64,000 nt of DNA from contig CAWGEH010000010.1 of NCBI GenBank assembly GCA_963821505.1, positions 70,496-134,495 of the forward strand. The letters run 5' to 3'. Under the pieces are notes generated by a model. The model saw nothing but the letters and a program-made list of their open reading frames with translations, had not been told where the DNA came from and searched no databases. The translations under genes and the position numbers were made by a program. The stretch is from an uncultured Alphaproteobacteria bacterium. GTDB taxonomy: Bacteria; Pseudomonadota; Alphaproteobacteria; Rhizobiales; Xanthobacteraceae. Shown piece by piece: positions 57,898 to 64,000 of the stretch (its first letter is position 1; the number at the start of each line of letters is the position of its first letter).

Positions 57898-58722
57898 TCG
57901 ACCGTGAGCACGATCTGCCAATCACCCGGCAGGCAGAAGTCCTGCGCATCAGCCGTGGCAGCGTCTACTACCTGCCGCGGCCGGTGCCGGGCGCCGACCT
58001 TGCGATCATGCGGCGTCTCGACCGGCTGCATCTGGAGTTCCCCTTCGCCGGTTCGCGGATGTTGCGAGGCCTGCTGGCTGCCGAGGGGTGCAAGATCGGC
58101 CGTCGGCATGTCAAGACGCTGATGCGGCGAATGGGGATAGAAACGCTCTATCGGCGTCCACGCACGACCAAGCCTGAGCCGGGCCACAAGATCTACCCGT
58201 ACCTGCTGCGCGGGATGGAGATCACGCGGCCGAACCAGGTGTGGGCGATGGACATCACCTACATCCCGATGGCGCGCGGCTTCGTGTATCTGGCCGTGGT
58301 GCTTGACTGGTTCAGCCGCCGCGTGCTGGCGTGGCGGCTGTCGATCATAATGGAAGCGGCGTTCTGCGTCGAGACGCTGAAGGATGCTCTGGCGCATCAC
58401 GGCAAGCCGGACATCTTCAACACGGACCAGGGCTCGCAGTTCACGGGCGCGGCCTTCACCAGTGCACTCGCCAGCAACGGCATTACGATCAGCATGGACG
58501 GCAAGGGCGCCTGGCGGGACAACGTGTTCGTCGAACGGCTGTGGCGCAGCGTCAAATACGAGGAGGTGTACCTGCGAGCCCTACGACAGCGTCAGCGAGG
58601 CCCGCGCTTCGATCGGCCGCTACCTGGACTTCTACAACGGCCGCCGACCGCATTCGAGCCTTCACGGCACGACACCCGATCAAGCCTACTTCACCCAGCT
58701 GCCCGTCCGCTTGGCAGCCTAA
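57849..58722 (+). pseudogene. IS3-family transposase OrfB, frameshifted
   Basis: The DDE domain (WAMDITYIPMARGFVYLAVVLDWFSRRV, NTDQGSQFT) is present. The frame breaks after ...VKYEEVYLRA, while copy 2 continues YDSVSEARASIGRYLDFYN in the same frame. Confidence 0.8.
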
Positions 58723-58830
58723 CCCCGGCAGAGGCTCCACTTATCGAGGCGGAAAATCTGTTCAGACAACCGGGGCCACCTCACTCTCACTTCGTTCTGA
58801 TCGGCCTGCACGTTCTTGATCGCGTTACGA

Positions 58831-59769
58831 TCAAATACGCTGTAGATGATGCAGTGTAATTTCTGGAAGGCAATTAATACGGACGGGAACTACAGCACAT
58901 CCCACTCCGACCGAGGTGTAGCCGACCATCTCACCGTAATTCCATGGCCCAGAACCCATATGCCTTGGCAGAACCGAACTAAGGGTGATTGGAATAGACC
59001 CAGGCAGACAGATCTGACCACCGTGGGTATGGCCACTCAGAAACAGATCGAAGCCGGCATGTGCAGCCTGGCGGTAAAGTTCAGGTGTATGTGACAGCAG
59101 AATAGAGAACGCGCCGTCTGGGATTTCGGCTGCTGCCTTTTCTATATTATCAACTCGATAGTAGTGGGCATCGTCGATGCCGGCTAGGTAAATTGCTTCG
59201 TCGCGTCGCGAAATCGTCTCGCATTCGTTGAGCAATATCCGAATTCCCATTTCTTCGAGTTCGGGCACCATGCGAATGGAATCGTGATTTCCGAGCACTC
59301 CGTAGACTGGCCCCTTGAGATGGGCGCGTACCCGTGCCAAGCCTTCGAGCGTGGTATCGAACGGCCCAAATGTCGCGCCGCGATAGTCTCCAGTCATGAC
59401 ACACATGTCATAGGTTAGGCCTGGAAGAACCTCATTCAGGCGCCGCATCGCGCCTTCGCTCATATCCACGTGTAGATCGCTGATATGAAGTAGTGTGAAG
59501 CCGTCGAACCGGTTTGGCAAACTCTTGCTGCCAACGTGGTTGTGCCGGATTTGGATCCGTTCGGCATTCTTGCGGCCACGCCCATACAGTCCCAGCAACT
59601 TGAGCGTCGTTCGAATGACAGAGTGGATCGAATACCAGTTTTCAATGTGAAAAAAGTTGATCCCTTGGCCAAAAATTTGACTTTCGTGATCCGTCTCGAT
59701 GCCTAGGCGCTGTCTTGCGTGCAGCCTGCCTAGCCGCAGCTCCAGCTTGTTCAAGACCGTTTCGTTCAT
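58831..59769 (-). CDS. metallophosphoesterase (YaeI/COG1408-like)
   Basis: Motifs LHISDLH, MTGDY, GNHD and SGHTHGGQ are present. The region is visibly more AT-rich than the backbone. Confidence 0.85.
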   Translation of the reverse strand: MNETVLNKLELRLGRLHARQRLGIETDHESQIFGQGINFFHIENWYSIHSVIRTTLKLLGLYGRGRKNAERIQIRHNHVGSKSLPNRFDGFTLLHISDLHVDMSEGAMRRLNEVLPGLTYDMCVMTGDYRGATFGPFDTTLEGLARVRAHLKGPVYGVLGNHDSIRMVPELEEMGIRILLNECETISRRDEAIYLAGIDDAHYYRVDNIEKAAAEIPDGAFSILLSHTPELYRQAAHAGFDLFLSGHTHGGQICLPGSIPITLSSVLPRHMGSGPWNYGEMVGYTSVGVGCAVVPVRINCLPEITLHHLQRI

Positions 59770-60048
59770 TGCCAGCCGCCGCTGTCTGGGCCACTATCCT
59801 CACCATGAATTGTCGGCTCGATAACGGTCAAGTTCTCTGATCGTTGGATCGCCTGTGTGGCCATTTCGGATCTTCTCTTTCTGGCAGGCCCATGACGCGC
59901 GCCGCAGCTCTCGACTTCCACGGGACGCTGCCACCAAGGGGTACCCCCCGCGCATTAAATTAGGGGTGTGAAAATATCTAAGATCAAAAATTCCGAAGGC
60001 CCATTGATTTGAGCGGAGACGCCAAGGCCGCCTCCGCGATCGCCTGTA

Positions 60049-61137
60049 TCACTCGCTCTGGCCACCCCGCACAAAATCTGAAGATGCACCGGTTGCACGC
60101 ATCTGGCTCGGCGTCTTTCCAGTCCACCGCTTGAATGTATGCGTGAATGCACTCACCTCGTTAAAGCCGAGCAGCCACGCAATCTTGGATATCTGTAGCT
60201 TGCGGTCACCGAGGTAACGAACCGCTAGGTCGCGCCGCAGTTGCTGAAATATTTCAGTGTAGTTCAACCCGTCGTCCGAAAGCTTTCGCGCCAGTGTCCT
60301 CTTGCTCATTCCCAGACTGCGAGCAACGTCATCCACCACCACTCTTCCATGAGGAAGCAACGACGAGATCGCGTTCTCAACTCTGGTGCGCAACTCGCTC
60401 GTATCACCTCTTCTATCGGCTAGCACCGCTTCGCAATATTTCAGGAGAAGGTCATTGAGATAAGTATCAGCGTGAATAAGCGGCAACTCACGTGCGTTGG
60501 TGTTGAGGGCAAACTCGTCGGTATCAGCGCCGAACTCCACCATCGTTCCGACAAATCGCGCCATTTCGGAGTTGGCTCCCGATCGATGATGAGAGATCCA
60601 GAAGTGTTGCGGTACGAGGTTCTGCCCCGTCAGCACGCGGCAAATTCGTAATACAGCAAACATGCAAAACTCAATTTGATGTCTCTCTGAGTGCCGTGAA
60701 ATGCCAGAGTAGCTCAGGTTGATAATGAGGCTGTTTCCCTCTCGATATCCGACCACGAGTGCCTCGTTGGTAATATGGCTGTATCGAGCAACCCGTTTCA
60801 GTGCATCGCCTAAAGTCTGCGAAGACGCCATGACGTAGTAAAGCAGCCCGAGTTCGCGTGGTTCGAAATCGTGAGCCAGCGTAAAACCAAGACGGTCATC
60901 CTTCAGGGCAATCGCCGCCTCGTCCAAAAGCGCCACTTGGCTTCGCACGCTCAGTCGCTCTTCCGGGTCGGCGATCACCTCCGGCGTCAGTCCCACACGC
61001 CTCAGAATAGGCACCATTGGTACGCCAGCGCTTTGGAGGCGCGCGATAGCGAGGCGGGAAAGGCCCCCTTGCGCCGTTGGGATTGAATCCAACTCCTGTT
61101 CAACATTCAGGGCTGAAGAAGTTCCATTGCTCATCAT
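60049..61137 (-). CDS. AraC-family transcriptional regulator (N-terminal AraC-binding-like domain)
   Basis: The C-terminal double HTH is SLGMSKRTLARKLSDDGLNYTEIF...ISKIAWLLGFNEVSAFTHTFKRWTGKTPSQ. The start was set at MMSNGTSS within track ORF 60049..61263. Confidence 0.85.
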   Translation of the reverse strand: MMSNGTSSALNVEQELDSIPTAQGGLSRLAIARLQSAGVPMVPILRRVGLTPEVIADPEERLSVRSQVALLDEAAIALKDDRLGFTLAHDFEPRELGLLYYVMASSQTLGDALKRVARYSHITNEALVVGYREGNSLIINLSYSGISRHSERHQIEFCMFAVLRICRVLTGQNLVPQHFWISHHRSGANSEMARFVGTMVEFGADTDEFALNTNARELPLIHADTYLNDLLLKYCEAVLADRRGDTSELRTRVENAISSLLPHGRVVVDDVARSLGMSKRTLARKLSDDGLNYTEIFQQLRRDLAVRYLGDRKLQISKIAWLLGFNEVSAFTHTFKRWTGKTPSQMRATGASSDFVRGGQSE

Positions 61138-61175
61138 TGACCCGCCTGGACAGGGACAATTGCTACCATGGCTTC

Positions 61176-61205
61176 GCCAAACAAATGTTTGGCTCAAAGT
61201 AACAA
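61176..61205 (+). promoter_or_regulatory. conserved box 1: palindrome GCCAAACA-AA-TGTTTGGC followed by GTAACAA
   Basis: An 18-bp perfect palindrome lies at 61176-61193. The 24-bp stretch caaatgtttggcNNNNNgtaacaa is shared with 62005-62028. Confidence 0.45.
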
Positions 61206-61330
61206 GTCTCTGAGACGAGGCCAAGCGACAAGACGCGGGGAAGCGCTCCCAGCAGCGCGGCACAATTTCAGTGCGCTGGCCAAGTTGGCCAACGGCTCAG
61301 CGCTAGCGGCTATTTCATGACGGAGTAATC

Positions 61331-61585
61331 GTGCGCATCAAGTTCGAGGCCACCGATGCCAGCGGCAAGGTGCACAAGCGCAGCAGCACGAGCCACGTTT
61401 ATTCGCACTGTCTCGTGATCCATTTCGCCGCGCACCCGCCGAGCAACCTCTGGCCCAAGGGCATCGCGGCCTGCAGCCACGCCGAATGGGCAGCAAGCCG
61501 TGCGCTGGCCGAACGCAATGCCAATCGCTGGCGCAAGGAACCGTGTGTCGAGACCATCGAGATCCTTGAGGCGAGGCAAGTGTGA
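61331..61585 (+). CDS. hypothetical protein (84 aa)
   Basis: GTG start; MRIKFEATDASGKVHKRSSTSHVYSHCLVIHF... The codon pattern is coding-like, and no family was recognised. Confidence 0.4.
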   Translation: MRIKFEATDASGKVHKRSSTSHVYSHCLVIHFAAHPPSNLWPKGIAACSHAEWAASRALAERNANRWRKEPCVETIEILEARQV

Positions 61586-61673
61586 TGCCGTTCCCGAAGG
61601 TCACAAGAGCCAAGAGCTGGCAAGCTGCTTCAACTGCGAGGCTTAGCTGGCATTCGACAGCGACTGCTTCCCG

Positions 61674-61886
61674 ATGACGATCAAAAAACCCACGACGCTC
61701 CAGGAAGCCAAATCAATCGCACGCCATCTCGGGCTCACTCTGCGCAAGGTGCGCTCTGGCGATTATCGCGTGAACTTCCGCGATGGAAACGAAACGACGG
61801 CCTACTACACGGACAGTCTCGAAGAAGCCGTCAATACCGCGGTTGAGATGGCCCGTAAACGAGGGTTCTGCCGTACAGAGCCTTAG
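61674..61886 (+). CDS. hypothetical protein (70 aa)
   Basis: MTIKKPTTLQEAKSIARHLGLTLRKVRSGDYRVNFRDGNETTAYYTDSLEEAV... No family was recognised. Confidence 0.4.
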   Translation: MTIKKPTTLQEAKSIARHLGLTLRKVRSGDYRVNFRDGNETTAYYTDSLEEAVNTAVEMARKRGFCRTEP

Positions 61887-62004
61887 TTAGGGCGCGATCT
61901 TGGCATCACGGCTTTACGTGATCACCAGGCCTGGCTGAAGCCAAGCGGTGGCGCTCGCCGCGTGATGGCTAGCCCACGCAACAGAGTGTTCTGGCTGCGA
62001 TGAG

Positions 62005-62028
62005 CAAATGTTTGGCAAAGAGTAACAA
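62005..62028 (+). promoter_or_regulatory. conserved box 2 (caaatgtttggc-N5-gtaacaa)
   Basis: It has the same orientation as box 1 and lies 84-107 nt upstream of the 62112 ORF. Confidence 0.4.
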
Positions 62029-62111
62029 AACCCGCATGGGCGGCAAAGCGACTAAATGCGTGAAATCCGGCAACCAGCCTTGATCGGCCACGGGGCGCGA
62101 TCCTGCGCCGG

Positions 62112-62753
62112 ATGCGTCGGTTAACACGAACTCTAGGCGGGCTCACCATGACCTTCGGTAATGCATCTACGGGAACGCTGGCGAAGCTCGGGCCGCAACT
62201 GCTGACTACTCGTGGTAGGCCGACAAAGTTTACGCTGGAGAGACTTCAGCAGATTAGAAATCTCGTGGAGCGGGGAGAGAGCCGAGAAGGGATCGCTGAG
62301 ATACTCGACGTAACCATTGGTTCTCTGCAAGTCACCTGCTCTAGGCTGGGTATCAGTCTGAGACGACCTAAAGTTGACAATGGGGTCCGCTTGCTGCGGC
62401 AGAAAGCCATTACTATGCATAGTCCGGTTGATCGCGATGGAAGTATGCTGTCGCAACCCATAGAAGAACAATCTCAGGAAATCTCACAGTCGGAACCGGC
62501 AGAGCCAGCCCTAGCCGCGAGGCCGCAGCAAAAGCGGGTGAAAACGCTTGAGGCCGGCTCGGTGAGCGTCGCGATCAGGATTCAGCACAATGGCAGGGAG
62601 CGGACAATTGAATTGCCGCTCGCTTTGGACGAGGTCGCGCAACTAGCTTGGGAAGCAGAGTTTCGGGATATGAGGATTGGTCAACTCATCGGGGAACTCA
62701 TTGCGGCAATGGTGGCAAAGGACCTCTTCCGAGTGGTGCTTGACAAGCCTTGA
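62112..62753 (+). CDS. hypothetical DNA-binding protein (resolvase-type HTH near N-terminus)
   Basis: GRPTKFTLERLQQIRNLVERGESREGIAEILDVTIGSLQVTCSRLGISLRRP. An alternative ATG is at 62148. Confidence 0.5.
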   Translation: MRRLTRTLGGLTMTFGNASTGTLAKLGPQLLTTRGRPTKFTLERLQQIRNLVERGESREGIAEILDVTIGSLQVTCSRLGISLRRPKVDNGVRLLRQKAITMHSPVDRDGSMLSQPIEEQSQEISQSEPAEPALAARPQQKRVKTLEAGSVSVAIRIQHNGRERTIELPLALDEVAQLAWEAEFRDMRIGQLIGELIAAMVAKDLFRVVLDKP

Positions 62754-62815
62754 TCCCTGAGGCGTGGGCTCCACGCAGCGAAGGTTGGCGAAGCTCAGAC
62801 GCCATCCTTGCAGGA

Positions 62816-62900
62816 TGGCCTGCACCCGGTTCCCGGTTCCGAAGACACCGAGTTAGGTGTTTTGATGGAGCTGGAGGTGGGTCATGGAGAGACGGAAGTT
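62816..62900 (+). mobile_element. 85-bp left-end fragment of the 48590-type IS3-family element, cut by another IS
   Basis: tggcctgcacccggtt(cccggtt)ccgaagacaccgagttaggtgttttgatggagctggaggtgggtcatggagagacggaagtt matches 48590-48667 apart from a 7-bp duplication and two substitutions. It stops exactly at the end of the IS at 62901. Confidence 0.8.
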
Positions 62901-62961
62901 TGAGGTGGCCCCGGTTGTCTGAACAGATTTTCCGCCTCGATAAGTGGAGCCTCTGCCGGGG

Positions 62962-63966
62962 TTAGGCTGCCAAGCGGACGGGCAGCTGGGTGAAGTAGGC
63001 TTGATCGGGTGTCGTGCCGTGAAGGCTCGAATGCGGTCGGCGGCCGTTGTAGAAGTCCAGGTAGCGGCCGATCGAAGCGCGGGCCTCGCTGACGCTGTCG
63101 TAGGCTCGCAGGTACACCTCCTCGTATTTGACGCTGCGCCACAGCCGTTCGACGAACACGTTGTCCCGCCAGGCGCCCTTGCCGTCCATGCTGATCGTAA
63201 TGCCGTTGCTGGCGAGTGCACTGGTGAAGGCCGCGCCCGTGAACTGCGAGCCCTGGTCCGTGTTGAAGATGTCCGGCTTGCCGTGATGCGCCAGAGCATC
63301 CTTCAGCGTCTCGACGCAGAACGCCGCTTCCATTGTGATCGACAGCCGCCACGCCAGCACGCGGCGGCTGAACCAGTCAAGCACCACGGCCAGATACACG
63401 AAGCCGCGCGCCATCGGGATGTAGGTGATGTCCATCGCCCACACCTGGTTCGGCCGCGTGATCTCCATCCCGCGCAGCAGGTACGGGTAGATCTTGTGGC
63501 CCGGCTCAGGCTTGGTCGTGCGTGGACGCCGATAGAGCGTTTCTATCCCCATTCGCCGCATCAGCGTCTTGACATGCCGACGGCCGATCTTGCACCCCTC
63601 GGCAGCCAGCAGGCCTCGCAACATCCGCGAACCGGCGAAGGGGAACTCCAGATGCAGCCGGTCGAGACGCCGCATGATCGCAAGGTCGGCGCCCGGCACC
63701 GGCCGCGGCAGGTAGTAGACGCTGCCACGGCTGATGCGCAGGACTTCTGCCTGCCGGGTGATTGGCAGATCGTGCTCACGGTCGATCATCGCTTTGCGCT
63801 CAGCAATCCCGCCTTGGTGAGCGCGCCCTCTAAAAAATCGTTCTCCAGCGTCAACTCGCCGATCTTGGCGTGCAGAAACTTCACATCCACAGCTGGTGGC
63901 GCGGCTCCATTGCCGCCGCCGGGACCGAACACATCGGCAGCCCCGCCCTCGAGCTGCGCCTTCCAC
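62962..63966 (-). CDS. IS3-family transposase OrfB (intact frame)
   Basis: Track ORF of 334 aa. It has the DDE domain and an uninterrupted C-terminus ...VYLRAYDSVSEARASIGRYLDFYNGRRPHSSLHGTTPDQAYF. Confidence 0.85.
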   Translation of the reverse strand: MEGAARGRGCRCVRSRRRQWSRATSCGCEVSARQDRRVDAGERFFRGRAHQGGIAERKAMIDREHDLPITRQAEVLRISRGSVYYLPRPVPGADLAIMRRLDRLHLEFPFAGSRMLRGLLAAEGCKIGRRHVKTLMRRMGIETLYRRPRTTKPEPGHKIYPYLLRGMEITRPNQVWAMDITYIPMARGFVYLAVVLDWFSRRVLAWRLSITMEAAFCVETLKDALAHHGKPDIFNTDQGSQFTGAAFTSALASNGITISMDGKGAWRDNVFVERLWRSVKYEEVYLRAYDSVSEARASIGRYLDFYNGRRPHSSLHGTTPDQAYFTQLPVRLAA

Positions 63967-64000
63967 GATGTGATCTGATTGGGGTGGACGTCGAACTGCT
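63786..64000 (-). CDS. IS3-family transposase OrfA, partial (5' end outside the window)
   Basis: The reverse complement reads ...DVHPNQITSWKAQLEGGAADVFG...ENDFLEGALTKAGLLSAKR with its stop at 63786-63788. It is identical in sequence to copy 1 OrfA. Confidence 0.8.
   Translation of the reverse strand, partial: QFDVHPNQITSWKAQLEGGAADVFGPGGGNGAAPPAVDVKFLHAKIGELTLENDFLEGALTKAGLLSAKR

Larger units (their letters stand above)
57490..58783 (+). mobile_element. IS3-family insertion sequence, copy 1 (orfB inactivated)
   Basis: The ends are tgaggtgagagccggtcccgc... (57490) and ...aaccggggccacctca (58783). It is nearly identical to the inverted copy at 62901 onward, except for an extra C in the run 58579-58581 and a few substitutions. 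Confidence 0.85.
62901..64000 (-). mobile_element. IS3-family insertion sequence, copy 2 (inverted, runs off the window)
   Basis: The right end tgaggtggccccggttgtctgaacag... lies at 62901. orfB is intact, and orfA is cut by the window edge. Confidence 0.85.

Noticed and set aside
62944-63978. 344-aa plus-strand ORF
   Set aside because: It is antisense to the IS3-family OrfB. The identical shadow is present opposite copy 1 (57705..58400).

Overview
This is a high-GC alphaproteobacterial chromosome segment, read by eye with the ORF track. The gene families look Bradyrhizobium/Nitrobacteraceae-like: several Bug/TctC and COG2984-type binding proteins, a SAM-cyclase-ATPase-TPR protein, GGAAC-N17-CGTT promoters and CTAG-bounded intergenic repeats. 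That placement is an inference, because no database search was possible. Positions 1-36.3 kb are chromosome backbone with accessory content. They carry envelope genes (YbhN-like protein, GT4 glycosyltransferase, a 969-aa BNR lipoprotein next to an atypical signal peptidase I) and a truncated IS110. They also carry a stress/exported-hydrolase cluster with two general-stress-type promoters. A catabolic block follows: two TctC proteins plus Rieske oxygenase alpha/beta, an esterase, an IclR-methyltransferase-TctC operon, and a TauD-ABC operon bracketed by inverted 106-bp repeats. The block ends with a frameshifted TRAP binding protein, an MFS exporter, Usp, a 36-bp tandem array and a SixA-like phosphatase. 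Positions 36.5-64 kb are an integrase-headed, decayed island. It holds a P4-type integrase module that ends in an in-frame DUF3631::arylsulfatase chimera and a frameshifted SAM-cyclase-ATPase-TPR gene. It also holds many small orphan genes and a dense IS field: IS3-family elements of three kinds, two IS256-family elements, an IS630 plus a miniature derivative, and IS5 and IS110 remnants. Two inverted IS3-family copies bracket a more AT-rich 4.1-kb cargo. I found no rRNA, tRNA or CRISPR. I see no single clean novel system. The best candidates are the twice-repeated pair of small exported protein and exported MBL hydrolase, the CTAG-bounded repeats sitting on TAG stop codons and bracketing an operon, the tandem array, the chimeric ORF and the IS-bracketed cargo. 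Family calls rest on remembered motifs, and coordinates not anchored to the ORF track may be off by 1-3 nt.
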